Below, piece after piece: positions 50,301-59,831 of a DNA stretch of 64,000 nucleotides (position 1 is the first letter of the stretch; every line of letters starts with the position of its first letter). Source of the stretch: a virus. The notes beneath the pieces were generated by a model. That model was given only the letters and a program-made list of their open reading frames with translations. It made no database searches and was not told the DNA's origin. The DNA lies in the IMG/VR virus record IMGVR_UViG_3300021091_003726, positions 24,292 through 88,291 of that record; one strand, 5' to 3'. Both the position numbers and the translations under genes were made by a program.

Positions 50301-53300
50301 TGCCCCACTAGCTCTACCTGTTGCAAAATTTGCCAACTGTCCTGCTGCGCTTTTTGCATTATCAAATAATTGAGCATCTCTTTTGTAGGTTAAGAATGCA
50401 CTTGTATTAAATAATGTTGATAATGCTGCTGCCTGTGCTTCTGCAAATTCTGATGCTGGTAATTGAGATTTTAATCTCAATATCACATCTTGCATGGCGA
50501 TGAACATATCATCTTGATTTCCAGTTAATATGGCGTTTGTTTGGGAAACAAATCTGAATATTTCATTTCGCATTTCGTCTATCTTTGTCGAAATGGACGG
50601 AGATCTTTGAGCCAATTGCGAAGTAGCTAGAAGATTGCTTTCTGTTTGTAGTTTTCTTATTCTAGAAAAAGATTGCTCTATAACTCTTGGGTCTATTCCT
50701 CTTTGCCTCGCCTGAGCTTTAAGTAGGGGCAAAGATTGCTCTACCTCATTTGCAAAGTCAAAAAGTTCTTTTTGTGTAGTTAAGTTAGCAATGCTTTTAT
50801 TTGTTGCGCCAAAAGTAAATAATGTTTTATCAAATGCTTCTAATTGCTCCATTACTTTTTTGGGCAAGCCGTATTGGAAGGTGTTCTTTCTTAAATCGTT
50901 CATTGCAGTCAATATTTGTCTTTCTTCAAGACCACTAACTGCTGCTCCAGCTTCATCTATAAAGCTAACTGCACCACCGTTTGATTTCAATCTAATTTTT
51001 TTAGAAATACTATCTGTTTTAAGTGTTACTTCATCTCCAGTTAATAACTTAGATAATATTTTTGGATTATTTATATCAACATTTCTTTTTTGGAATCTAG
51101 ACAAAAGACCGAATATAGAGTTTGGCTGCTCGGAATCAAATGCCATTCTACTCTTAAATTTAACAGCTCTTTGATTGTTGCTAGAATTATTTAATACTCT
51201 ATCTAAGAATCTAGAACCTGATTGACCTGTTACCTCATAAGCTGCTTGACCAGAAAGACCAGCTGCATATCTGGCATGCCTTGTTAACATTTCTGTACTA
51301 TTTGTTGGAAGTGGCCTGTATGTTCCTCTTAATGTTTTTCCAAAAGTTGCACCGGATTCTGAGTTAACAGAGTAACTAGTAATTTTACCCTTTGTTCCAA
51401 GGAATCCACCAGTACTGTGCCATATGTGAAAATCCGCTTTAGAAGAAGCTAATTCACCAAATGGTTGTACAGATCTTCCGGGACTATATTGTAGTGGCCC
51501 TCTTTTGGCCATGTCCATAAAAGATCTGAATCCAAATAAATCAGCTGGATTTAATTTAATGATTGGTATTTGAAATTCAGAAGCAAAGAATGACGCAATA
51601 TTTGAAAAAGTACTTTTTATCGTACTGAAATCTAATATATTTCCTGATCTAGTTTTATAAACTCCATCTAACCTGCTAAGTCCTATTGACTTAGAAACTG
51701 GATCATTAATTGCCATCCTTCCAGCAAGATCTGATATTATTCTTTTTTGAGAATCGGGTAATCCTTTAAATCTATCTTTTTGTATAGCTTCATCTATTAG
51801 AAGTGGTTTTAATCCAAAAATATTATAGTTGCCACCAAATAATCCAGATGATATTTGCCTTTTTTCTAAGAGAAAAGATCTTAACCCTACAAAATCATTT
51901 GGATCAAATCCTCTATTAGCTAATCCACGTCTAACAACATCATCTGATACTGCTCTTCCAGAATCATTTTTTAATTTTACACCAAGTACTTGTGCAGTTT
52001 TTCTCTGCAGGAATTGTTGTTTTGCTGAGGTTAATGGTCCAACAAATTCATTGTAAACTGCTTTTTGAGGTCTAAGAATTGTTCCAGCAATATCTACTAG
52101 ATCATTTCTGGCAAACGAATTCCATTGATTTGAGATTTTGTTCCTCATTCCCAATTGGAATTCTTTGCTCAAGAATTGAGAATTTGTTTCATCAATAATT
52201 TCTTTTAAGAAATTTTGTGGACTAATTCCACCAGCAGCGGCTGTTAAAGACTCCTCAAAGCTTTTTCCGTGTTTTATAGTTTTGTATTTTTTAAGAACAA
52301 TATCGTAATAGTCACTTTCATCGGCAATTATTGTTGCTCTTCCTATTGAAATTACGTTTGTATTATGAGATCCTCTTCCTGGAGTATTTACTCTTAATTG
52401 TTTTACAAAATCATCTATTTGATCATCGCCCAATACCCCTTTCGCTTTAAGTCTTTGTGCAAGAAGGCCTTTATACGCATCTGTTTGTTGGCCTCTAAAA
52501 AAATCTGATCTAGAGAAATTTTTGTCTGATGGACCACCAGCACCAAGCAATGATACCTGTCCAGCAAGTCGTGTTAACCTACTAGAATGTTGAGATTGAA
52601 TTCTCTGTATTGATTTTTCAAAAGCGTTTCGAGACGCTGTGCCAACTGCCATAGAGGCATCTGATATAATTTCGTTATATCTAATTGAACTTTGAATAGC
52701 ATCATACGCTTGTCCAGACATTTTAAATTCTTTATAGCCAGATTTTATCGCCCCGCTTAATCCTCTGAATGCTGGAATGGCATCAAACGCTCCATATTTA
52801 ATAGTTGTATTCGTTCCTGGAATTGTGGCTGGAGAATCAAGACCAAAAGCAAAAGCTTTTACTGCTGCAGTCACCCTTTGTGATGGACTTAAATTTTTTG
52901 CCCTTGCTGCGTCGGCTGCAATTTTTGGACCATGCCTAGCATCATGAAGGGATTGAACAAATCTTGGTTGTTCCTTAAAGGCTTCAGCGGCAGCGTTGAA
53001 TCCACCACTTAGTTGTGATGATTTCTTTAAAAATTTATTTGATATACTAGCAGCGTCGTGACCAACTTCTGACAAAACTTCAGAAAGATCTACAATTCCC
53101 CTACTCAAAGCTTGTCTTGTTGGGCTTTGGCTCCTTATTGAGCTCATTGAGTTCTTAAAGTTTATTAAAGAACTTCTTGTAGCTGTTGTGCTAGTTCCTA
53201 GTATTTCAAATGGAAGGATGGTTGTTGCTAGGTTTGTAACAGATGTTTTAACAAAATCAGTTACTACGTCTACTGGATTATACCAATTAACTTTTTTCTT

Positions 53301-53918
53301 ATCTTCATTTTTTCCAAAAAAATTATCAGTCAATCCTCTTTGGGCAACGTATAGCGCAGGAAGTTCATAGGGAAGTCTTCTTCCGGCTCTGATTAATCTT
53401 TTTTGTATTTCATCCTGCATTGCAAACAATGCGGGTGGGGCATGTGTTGGGCCCCTTTGAGCTTGTCTTATTTCATCTTTTGTTAGATTATAAAGTCTAT
53501 TAGATTCACTATTGACACCTTTGTAGCCAGTAGTTAATCCTTCTTCAGTTTCAAATACAAGTTTTGAGTAAGAATCAACACCTTCTTCAACAAATCTTTT
53601 TACACCTTGAAGTTGATCTAAATGTCTTCTTATATCAGTTATTGTTCTAACTGAAGAAGTTGCAAAATCAGATGTTGAATTCTGTAACTTTTGGGCTAGC
53701 TTTAGCCCACCCTTTTTCATCATTGCTGACATTACGCCAGCAACTGCTATTGTTGCTCCAGTATGAGCAAAGAATCTCATTACCGGATGACCATCTAAAG
53801 CCTTTGTTAGTTGACCACTATTTGGAGAAACGCCTTCAGTTTCTCCTTCATTGAAAGATAAATCCCTGGACGTAACACCATAACCCAAGTTATGAATTGG
53901 TCCACGATCTCTAATCAA
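47310..53918 (-). CDS. Giant virion protein, 2202 aa, in the tape-measure position (tape measure/ejected protein)
   Basis: Directly downstream of the tail chaperones; Ala/Gly-rich helical stretches and hydrophobic segments; TTG start with an AAGGGG RBS. Confidence 0.65.
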   Translation of the reverse strand: MIRDRGPIHNLGYGVTSRDLSFNEGETEGVSPNSGQLTKALDGHPVMRFFAHTGATIAVAGVMSAMMKKGGLKLAQKLQNSTSDFATSSVRTITDIRRHLDQLQGVKRFVEEGVDSYSKLVFETEEGLTTGYKGVNSESNRLYNLTKDEIRQAQRGPTHAPPALFAMQDEIQKRLIRAGRRLPYELPALYVAQRGLTDNFFGKNEDKKKVNWYNPVDVVTDFVKTSVTNLATTILPFEILGTSTTATRSSLINFKNSMSSIRSQSPTRQALSRGIVDLSEVLSEVGHDAASISNKFLKKSSQLSGGFNAAAEAFKEQPRFVQSLHDARHGPKIAADAARAKNLSPSQRVTAAVKAFAFGLDSPATIPGTNTTIKYGAFDAIPAFRGLSGAIKSGYKEFKMSGQAYDAIQSSIRYNEIISDASMAVGTASRNAFEKSIQRIQSQHSSRLTRLAGQVSLLGAGGPSDKNFSRSDFFRGQQTDAYKGLLAQRLKAKGVLGDDQIDDFVKQLRVNTPGRGSHNTNVISIGRATIIADESDYYDIVLKKYKTIKHGKSFEESLTAAAGGISPQNFLKEIIDETNSQFLSKEFQLGMRNKISNQWNSFARNDLVDIAGTILRPQKAVYNEFVGPLTSAKQQFLQRKTAQVLGVKLKNDSGRAVSDDVVRRGLANRGFDPNDFVGLRSFLLEKRQISSGLFGGNYNIFGLKPLLIDEAIQKDRFKGLPDSQKRIISDLAGRMAINDPVSKSIGLSRLDGVYKTRSGNILDFSTIKSTFSNIASFFASEFQIPIIKLNPADLFGFRSFMDMAKRGPLQYSPGRSVQPFGELASSKADFHIWHSTGGFLGTKGKITSYSVNSESGATFGKTLRGTYRPLPTNSTEMLTRHARYAAGLSGQAAYEVTGQSGSRFLDRVLNNSSNNQRAVKFKSRMAFDSEQPNSIFGLLSRFQKRNVDINNPKILSKLLTGDEVTLKTDSISKKIRLKSNGGAVSFIDEAGAAVSGLEERQILTAMNDLRKNTFQYGLPKKVMEQLEAFDKTLFTFGATNKSIANLTTQKELFDFANEVEQSLPLLKAQARQRGIDPRVIEQSFSRIRKLQTESNLLATSQLAQRSPSISTKIDEMRNEIFRFVSQTNAILTGNQDDMFIAMQDVILRLKSQLPASEFAEAQAAALSTLFNTSAFLTYKRDAQLFDNAKSAAGQLANFATGRASGAVRSFFDPYISGSGSVISTNIKRPFSSLLPPFKKAFGTAPYKIGELSTDPLGSSANAITFVPTFGTVFEKNPFGAIKSALGFTTYSDPSSYSGASTAVSQGVERLNRYFGTLGMQLDVSKFKGPLDLYARGMVGKRVLPLYAAGTTAFTADRMLGGALGPEDNYGEKTYSPFVTTKVARAIVETQAIAAGITPGGMTKEEKKEQLLDGEVPIRQGRYWPLGNTPFKGGKIQYYRPSWYRKLQGGALFTSDTYGSPAEKFLFYNDISPLRPLDPYRFERKHYEDRPYPVTGEYFTGPFGPINTVLNATVGRIIKPQVSMHQQEVMQGLGQYVSVGQYGAYDASAYNAGMGSGSNVIPINRGAGGGPGGSYSSTMVFSQVGGSNANLRGAAQSPLNTARGMTRNAIAGLNQPLMQMSYGPPKQRGIMPPRIASAGQPIQSDLSGEFGYRAQEMAGIYGFGFASLREKFGFGQGDFEPEKAMLQSASKGYGTSRAFWDLNLGGLGDVPIPAQGALGNIEFSEIVRRFIPKERTGIDYINPIANTMGKQYPFMPGPEYYINFQTGDPFTKVQEGELRLPGIGYERFNKVSADETGRYGLVDQFKILADVAPYSQQFKSLNKMMDKMALSPDQKIKVEEIRGRVERTTSKYEFTPYADQTNMMGGSIGKMQRLGEYIAHRDTLFNTKFLNKRTATEDWERRNVYGATFPQWQRPFESFIEPMLNKATQRNPLVAAAALGVIGSFFGRTPKARLFGSALGTVVGGTVSTISQLGQKLTGERYMPLQRKKELALEEYTDILTYTKNTRLASMAQQAGDSAAANQYRQAAKRTMYGADLYGMPIDMLKLAIPKRKREHFVEMLNAPAPERERILSTAGRLERRIYEAAWGMPVEEKPDLAEYFERHQLPDLSWEGWHPNTNMDHVKVKIGQSMGLEMSQMGYYPQQIKEANLSNPSYPVFDAPSARTDVLYRLRQIMSGAGISGTVTPVMNPFGSNELSIAAGMR

Positions 53919-53936
53919 TTTAATTCCCCTTAATTA

Positions 53937-54566
53937 TTATTGCATACCCCAAAGCTTTTGGGCTATTGGGTCTTGGTAATTTGCTTCTCCTGCTTTCTTT
54001 GAAAGATTATGCCTTGCTGCTGATTGTTTTTGTTTTACCAATTCTTCTTCAGGATCTATCAATTGAAGAGTAATATTGGTTGATTCAATTCCGTTTATAT
54101 TTTGTTTTATTTCTATAATTTTTTCAGACAAAGCAACTAATTCTGCCAATTGAGAAAAAGTCATCTTATTTAAATCTTCAGGAGAATATGTAGTTATAGT
54201 AGCCAAAACAAAAGCTTTCATTAAGCTTCTTACTTCATTTGCTTTTTGTCTTTTTGATTCTAATATACTCTTGGCTAAATTGGCAGAGAAGAAACCAGAA
54301 AAATCCATTATTTCTTGAGCCAAGGAAGATATTAACCCAGGCTGTACTGTATCTACAGAAAAGCTGTCAGGATATACAACAGCAGAATTAATAATTAAAT
54401 CTTCTGCGTCTAAAGAAGATGTTTCCTCAGAATTTTTATATTCAATAATTTTGTCATATTCATCAAATGTTAATTCTCTAAAAATTACTTGTTGATTTTT
54501 TAGATTAACACTAAATATAGAACCATGTTTCTTTTTAAGTTCATAAAGTTTTTCAGGTTCTATCAT
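53937..54566 (-). CDS. Tail assembly chaperone paralogue 2
   Basis: LKKKHGSIF...VIFRELTFDEY...AVVYP...PGLISSLAQEIMDFSGF; lies between the tubes and the tape measure. Confidence 0.7.
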   Translation of the reverse strand: MIEPEKLYELKKKHGSIFSVNLKNQQVIFRELTFDEYDKIIEYKNSEETSSLDAEDLIINSAVVYPDSFSVDTVQPGLISSLAQEIMDFSGFFSANLAKSILESKRQKANEVRSLMKAFVLATITTYSPEDLNKMTFSQLAELVALSEKIIEIKQNINGIESTNITLQLIDPEEELVKQKQSAARHNLSKKAGEANYQDPIAQKLWGMQ

Positions 54567-54575
54567 GTTTTCAAA

Positions 54576-55091
54576 TTATAGCTGTCTTACTTCCAAAGCA
54601 ACGAATCCAGAGGCTTCTAATACCTCTTGAGAAATCAAAGATGGAATACCTGCCATAATACCCTTTATCTCTATCTTGTCATACTGTGGATAAAGAATAC
54701 ATAGTTCAGCGATTGCTTCTTCGTTCCACATGTTTGCCTCTGCAGATGTTAGTTGACCGGCTTGAACAAGTTGTTCCATTTTTTTAACAAGATTTTTATA
54801 TTCAAGTCTATTAAGAACTCTCCAAACAATATGCTTATCAAAGGTAATTGATGTAACATATATTTCACCAAATTGTTCTTTCCATGCTTTAATCATTCCG
54901 GCATTGGGGCCACCATCCCAAATTTCCTGATCATCAGGAAGGGACTCAACACTTACTGCTTCTTCAACTACTAATTCAGTCTCTACATTTTCTCCAGCTG
55001 GACCTTCAACTTTTACTTCTGTTACTTCTTCAGCGCCTATTTGTTCTGCTAATTCTGGATTGCCCTTGATTGTTACTTTTCTTTGTGTCAT
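54576..55091 (-). CDS. Tail assembly chaperone paralogue 1
   Basis: WKEQFGEIY...IVWRVLNRLEY...CILYP...AGIPSLISQEVLEASGF; AGGAGA RBS. Confidence 0.7.
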   Translation of the reverse strand: MTQRKVTIKGNPELAEQIGAEEVTEVKVEGPAGENVETELVVEEAVSVESLPDDQEIWDGGPNAGMIKAWKEQFGEIYVTSITFDKHIVWRVLNRLEYKNLVKKMEQLVQAGQLTSAEANMWNEEAIAELCILYPQYDKIEIKGIMAGIPSLISQEVLEASGFVALEVRQL

Positions 55092-55122
55092 TATTTCTCC
55101 TTAAATAAAAAAATCATAATAC

Positions 55123-55151
55123 ATTATACATGATATATTTTTATATTACAA
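55123..55151 (-). promoter_or_regulatory. Sigma70/SigA-type promoter TTGTAA-N17-TATAAT
   Basis: -35 at 55151-55146, 17-nt spacer, -10 at 55128-55123, upstream of the chaperone genes. Confidence 0.7.
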
Positions 55152-55168
55152 ATTTAATTATTAATTAT

Positions 55169-56161
55169 CTACAAAAAGATATTTGGATTTTCGTTTGTTG
55201 AAGAATAATTATAGTTTGTTGCTATTTGTGTTGGAACTTGATTTTCAAACAAAGGATCGATTGGTTCATCTGAATTATTAATTGTTGTTGTATTTTTAAT
55301 AAAACCTAAATCAACTTCACTAAAATAATAATCTCTAGCCATAAACTGATAGTTTTCTACTAACGGTGAACCGCCCGATGCATACGCCGTCGTCATGCTC
55401 ATTAGTTGAACTTCTTGTAGAACTATTTTCATGGGACTAGCTTGATTATTTGTATTTGGTTTAATAAGTCTTTCATTTGTATCAGAAATCATCATTCTAT
55501 CTAAATTGGATTCTATAACTTTATCTTCTGCTTTTAAATAATCTTTTGCCGTTGTAGATACCTCTTCTACTCCATACAATATTATAAAATTAAACGGCGG
55601 GTGTGCGCTAAATATATTTTTATCTGAGTCTATAACATTTTTAGAAAATGGATCTGTAGATATTCTATCTAGCTGACTATAGGCCCAATATTTTTGAATA
55701 TTTTTTTCATCTTGTATACTTCTGACCGCCGAACTAGAAGAACCATAATCTATATTTCTTAATGTAGATTTAATTAAAGAATCGCCCTTTCTTGGATCCG
55801 GCTGCTTTGCTCTAGCCTTTGAGGCCTCTTCTATCAGATCTGTTATTCTTCTTGGATATCTTGTATATACTGAAAACTCTCCAATTATAATTCTTGTACC
55901 ATACATCATGGCATCAAAGTTATAGGACCAAAATCCATATAACGGCTGTTTTTCTTGCTTTACATTGTAAGACAAAGCTGCTATATCTAATTCATGTTCT
56001 TCAGAAAATAATCCATCAATATAAACTTTGATGTCTTCTCCACTAAAAAAATAGTCATAGTAGGTATTAAAAGAATTTTTTTCTGGAGTTGGACTACCTG
56101 ACCATATTAAATCTAATTGATTTGATAATGGATCAAATCTATCGCTTCTTTTGCCAGCCAT
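55169..56161 (-). CDS. Tail tube-like paralogue (tube initiator/minor tube), 330 aa
   Basis: FFSGEDI...QEKQPLYG...GTRIIIG...HPPFNF motifs shared with the two tube genes. Confidence 0.7.
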   Translation of the reverse strand: MAGKRSDRFDPLSNQLDLIWSGSPTPEKNSFNTYYDYFFSGEDIKVYIDGLFSEEHELDIAALSYNVKQEKQPLYGFWSYNFDAMMYGTRIIIGEFSVYTRYPRRITDLIEEASKARAKQPDPRKGDSLIKSTLRNIDYGSSSSAVRSIQDEKNIQKYWAYSQLDRISTDPFSKNVIDSDKNIFSAHPPFNFIILYGVEEVSTTAKDYLKAEDKVIESNLDRMMISDTNERLIKPNTNNQASPMKIVLQEVQLMSMTTAYASGGSPLVENYQFMARDYYFSEVDLGFIKNTTTINNSDEPIDPLFENQVPTQIATNYNYSSTNENPNIFL

Positions 56162-56169
56162 TTTTCCTA

Positions 56170-56877
56170 CTAGAGTGTATAAATTTCATCTATAAAATTT
56201 TGATAAAGAGTAGTTATTCCTACTCCTTCTGTATTGTCACCAAATATATTTTTATTTTTTTGAGCTGCTCTTTGCGCTTGTTCTTCTGGCATTTTCATCA
56301 TTTCTTTTTCATTAATTATTTTAGTAATTGGTTGAATGCCTCTAGCCATAAATGTATAAGTTTGTTCAGTCATTATATCATCAATCGACATCGTTTGACC
56401 TTCATCAACTATGGTAACTCCATATATTTTCATTTTAGAAGCGTTGCCGTATTCATTAAAGAATGTAAATACGATATCAAATGGGGGTAGCATGTCTGCT
56501 AGTGGGGCAAAAAACCCATTTGTTCTTGAAAGATAATTTTCGTATTCTTTAATTTTATACCAACAATACTCATTAAATACTGTAAATATTAGTGACCCAG
56601 CTATTGTTCTAGATCCTTTAACAAATCCTCTTACATTTGAATGACCCAATGTTCTTATCGGTGTATTTTCTCTATGAATCGAATAAGATACAGTTTGAAG
56701 ATCTCCTATTTCAAGATAATCACCAGCCGTATTAGCAGTTCCCATTGGCGGCAAGATCATTGTCGCAACAATATCTGCTCCAGCAAATGATACATTGTTT
56801 AATGCATCATCAAAATTAAAAGATCCACTTTTTGGATTAATCGAAGAGATTGTATAAGTCTTAGTGGCTTCTGCCAT
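56170..56877 (-). CDS. Tail tube-like paralogue, 235 aa (start corrected to MAEATKT)
   Basis: SFAGADIVAT...RENTPIRTLG...GSRTIAGSLIFTVF...LPPFDI. An AGGAGA RBS precedes ATG 56877; the track start (56919) lies inside the terminator. Confidence 0.8.
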   Translation of the reverse strand: MAEATKTYTISSINPKSGSFNFDDALNNVSFAGADIVATMILPPMGTANTAGDYLEIGDLQTVSYSIHRENTPIRTLGHSNVRGFVKGSRTIAGSLIFTVFNEYCWYKIKEYENYLSRTNGFFAPLADMLPPFDIVFTFFNEYGNASKMKIYGVTIVDEGQTMSIDDIMTEQTYTFMARGIQPITKIINEKEMMKMPEEQAQRAAQKNKNIFGDNTEGVGITTLYQNFIDEIYTL

Positions 56878-56887
56878 TATATCTCCT

Positions 56888-56926
56888 AAATAAAATAGTG
56901 CATGAAGGAATCCCTCCATGCACTAT
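56888..56926 (-). terminator. Intrinsic terminator after the major tail tube gene
   Basis: Minus strand ATAGTGCATGGAGG-GATT-CCTTCATGCACTAT followed by TTTATTT: a 14-bp stem including one G-U pair. Confidence 0.85.
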
Positions 56927-56949
56927 CTATAAATAATATTAATATTTAG

Positions 56950-57645
56950 TTATGGACGAATTATCTCTGGTCGCATACCCTTTACAGCATTACCACTTAT
57001 AATATCTGTAAGATTGCCCTGACTCTTTTGAAGGGCCTCAGTTGCGATTGTATACATTGGACCAAGCTCTCTGGCAACATATGTCATTGTTTCTTCAATG
57101 ACTATGTCATCCATTGATGCGCCTGATCCTTCATTAAGAAGTTCCACACCATAGATTGATCTTACTGCGGCATTACCGTATTCGTTAACAAATGTAATTG
57201 TTATATCAAATGGAGGAATTTGGTCTGCATAATAAGGAACTTTTTTCTGGACATCTCTTGTCCAGTTATTCGCTGCCTCAGCGCCTTGGCCGGGTATGCC
57301 TCTACCCATTGAATTTGCATCTCCAGGTAGCGTATTGTGAGCTCTGGTGTAGAAATCCATTGGCTTATTGTTTGCATAGTTTTTTTCCAACATTGTATAA
57401 AGTGCTGGACGATCAAATACAGTAAAGATTAATGAACCAGCAATACCGCGTTTACCCCTTGAGAATGAACGTGGATTTGGTGAGCCCATTGTATAAATAG
57501 GTGCTTTTTCTCTTGTAACAGAGAAGGTAATTCCTGAAAGTGCACCAATTTCAATGCCACCAAATGTGGCTACAATGTCTGCACCCGAAAAAGTTGTATA
57601 AGTACTAAGATACTTATTTATAGTATTATTTGTTTCTGCGGCCAT
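56950..57645 (-). CDS. Major tail tube protein
   Basis: Directly after the sheath, with a GGAGG RBS and a downstream terminator; TFSGADIVATF...REKAPIYTMG...RGKRGIAGSLIFTVF...PPFDI. Confidence 0.85.
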   Translation of the reverse strand: MAAETNNTINKYLSTYTTFSGADIVATFGGIEIGALSGITFSVTREKAPIYTMGSPNPRSFSRGKRGIAGSLIFTVFDRPALYTMLEKNYANNKPMDFYTRAHNTLPGDANSMGRGIPGQGAEAANNWTRDVQKKVPYYADQIPPFDITITFVNEYGNAAVRSIYGVELLNEGSGASMDDIVIEETMTYVARELGPMYTIATEALQKSQGNLTDIISGNAVKGMRPEIIRP

Positions 57646-57665
57646 TTTTTACCCTCCAAACGGTA

Positions 57666-58919
57666 TTATATGTTAACGGCTATCTGAACCTCAATCGATT
57701 TTAATTCGAAAGCAGGTGTTAAAACGAGGTCTACAATCGCCTTGTTATTAGCTGGAACATATGTAACATTAAAGTCACTTGCCAGCAAGGCACCTAATAA
57801 TTGCATTCCCCTAAGTGCTGATGAAATCGCTGTTTCCATTGATGTTCTCATTTGGATAGTCGATGGTTCACCAACAAACTTTTGACAAGCTTGACGAACA
57901 ACTGTCGCGGCTTCGTCTACAACCCTCTTTGTTGACAGTCTTGAGTAATCCGAACTAGCAGCACCAAATGTGAGTCCGTCACCAAATACTGCAATTTTAT
58001 TAAAGTTAAGAACTACCGTGTTAACGCCCTTGCTGCCGAGTGTTTCTTGTTGAGTTCTTGTCGGTGCGTAACGCAGTGCCTGTACGTTGTACAACGGTTT
58101 TGCTGTAACCGATGAATACGATGGTAATTTACTCAATGAAGCTGCCATTGAGCATGCTCCGTTAGCGTATCCGTAATCGTCACCACTGCTTGTTCCATAT
58201 GCTACTGGTTTTAACTCTGTTGCTATTACACATACATATGGACCGTAATCCTTAAGAGTTGAGGCATCTCTGCTGACCAATGTGCTAAGGCCTAAATGTG
58301 ACGCAGTCGATGCTGGTGTCATAACTTCTTTGGCGCCAGAAGAGTATGGCTTGACTCCAAGAATTGAAATGCACGGATGAATATTTTCTGCAATATTCTT
58401 GGTTCTAACTGCTGCCTTGTATACCCAGCTGTTTGAATATGTTGAAGAGTTATTCGCATGGAAACCATATTCTTCATTATCGCTTGGTGTTGCGGTTGGG
58501 TCTTCCCAGTCAGTTGAATTTCCGCCCCTGCCCCAAGGAACGATAATATCAGGAAGAATTGTCTCAGCCGCAGCGTATGCTGCGTCGAGCATCGCATCGG
58601 CTGCATATCCAGTTGCAGTTACATATCCATTTGTGTGATCAAATGAAGCTGAATTTGGAAGTGGAACCATATAGATTCTTTCCGCGCCTGCTGAAATTAA
58701 TTCTAAAAATGCTTTATGAAGGTCTGATCCCTCGCCAAAAGCTGTTATTACGTCACCTTCTGTTGTTGCCTGAACAACATCAAGGTCGCTGACATTGCCA
58801 GCATTATCCGCAGTATCTCTCTTTGCTATTACAGCAACTCTGGGGCCTGCTGGTGTGTTTGAGCGCGATACACTATAGAAGCGATCTCTAATTATGGTGG
58901 TTACTCCAGGAATAGCCAT
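57666..58919 (-). CDS. Major contractile tail sheath protein
   Basis: N-terminal IPGV; sheath C-terminal domain RLSTKRVVD...KFVGEP...LTPAFELKSIEVQI; GGAGG RBS; upstream late motif. Confidence 0.9.
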   Translation of the reverse strand: MAIPGVTTIIRDRFYSVSRSNTPAGPRVAVIAKRDTADNAGNVSDLDVVQATTEGDVITAFGEGSDLHKAFLELISAGAERIYMVPLPNSASFDHTNGYVTATGYAADAMLDAAYAAAETILPDIIVPWGRGGNSTDWEDPTATPSDNEEYGFHANNSSTYSNSWVYKAAVRTKNIAENIHPCISILGVKPYSSGAKEVMTPASTASHLGLSTLVSRDASTLKDYGPYVCVIATELKPVAYGTSSGDDYGYANGACSMAASLSKLPSYSSVTAKPLYNVQALRYAPTRTQQETLGSKGVNTVVLNFNKIAVFGDGLTFGAASSDYSRLSTKRVVDEAATVVRQACQKFVGEPSTIQMRTSMETAISSALRGMQLLGALLASDFNVTYVPANNKAIVDLVLTPAFELKSIEVQIAVNI

Positions 58920-58963
58920 ATTATCTTTAAACCTCCGACTAAATTATGGGGCATTAGTTCTTC

Positions 58964-58977
58964 CTTTATAGTAACAG
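58964..58977 (-). promoter_or_regulatory. Putative late promoter CTGTTACTATAAAG
   Basis: 14 bp identical to 63051-63064; intergenic, upstream of the sheath gene. Confidence 0.7.
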
Positions 58978-59029
58978 ATAAGTTATAAAAATAACTCAAC
59001 AAGCTATTTTATATCATGATTTTATATAG

Positions 59030-59830
59030 TTAATTAAAGCCGGGTGTAGCACTTTTTTCTAAATCAATAATATTAATACTTATATTTTCATAGTTTGGTG
59101 TGGCCTGAACCAATAGTTCTGACTCATAGGCCATAGCAGTTCTTAGGTCAATTGCAATCTTCTCAATTGTTTCAGCTTTTGCGGCAAATGTTTTTTCAGT
59201 AGTAAGCATATAGGTAACTGTTCTTTGGTGAATATCTTTAGATTCTCTATTTACCTCTGAATCAGCTAACCTTCTTGAGTAAATTAATTCAGAAGCTCCT
59301 ATTTTTTTAAAGATGGGAGTAAACTCCATCATAAAATCTTCAAAAGTTTCAATTAAAGATTCAACTAAATAAGCGTTATCTTGATCGTCACAAGTTTCGT
59401 TTGGATTTGATCCTGATCTGCTACCAGTAGGAGCAAGCGCATGAAAAGCTATAACATTTTGAAATCTTTGTCCATAAATATATATATTTCCACTGGTTAT
59501 TTGTCTCATTCTTGGTTTTGGCTCAACAGAATGAGCTTTTCTTAACTCTAAAGAATAGGTTATAATTGCTGGTGTATCTTCCATTCTCCCAATTACTTGA
59601 CCAGTAGACGGATCTACGTAATTTGCATTAAACCAGGTAAAAGATGGATCAGATGGAGAAGAAGATTTAATTGGAAAATTTGGAAATGATTGTTCCCATA
59701 AAGATTTAACTGTAGAAATAAATTCCAAATAAGAAAGATTTCCCTCTGACTGAAGAGGCTCAGCAAATCTTAATTTTGTATATGAGTCTGTATGGCCAAA
59801 CTTTGGCCAACCTACTGTATTCTGTGTCAT
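59030..59830 (-). CDS. Probable tail completion/terminator protein
   Basis: Lies between the neck genes and the sheath; KPRMRQ...GQRFQNVIAF...LIETFEDFM pattern. Confidence 0.55.
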   Translation of the reverse strand: MTQNTVGWPKFGHTDSYTKLRFAEPLQSEGNLSYLEFISTVKSLWEQSFPNFPIKSSSPSDPSFTWFNANYVDPSTGQVIGRMEDTPAIITYSLELRKAHSVEPKPRMRQITSGNIYIYGQRFQNVIAFHALAPTGSRSGSNPNETCDDQDNAYLVESLIETFEDFMMEFTPIFKKIGASELIYSRRLADSEVNRESKDIHQRTVTYMLTTEKTFAAKAETIEKIAIDLRTAMAYESELLVQATPNYENISINIIDLEKSATPGFN

Positions 59831-59831
59831 G

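Noticed and set aside
10567-54203. Intragenic TACTATA variants (10567, 14778, 28317, 54195) as promoters
   Set aside because: A 7-mer of this composition is expected many times by chance in AT-rich DNA; not supportable without TSS data.
54560-54600. Lambda G/GT-type -1 slippery site between the tail chaperones
   Set aside because: There is no X XXY YYZ heptamer before the first stop, and the second gene is a full paralogue with its own ATG.
56878-56919. N-terminal extension MEGFLHALFYLGDI of the second tube gene
   Set aside because: It overlaps the terminator stem; the AGGAGA RBS supports ATG 56877.
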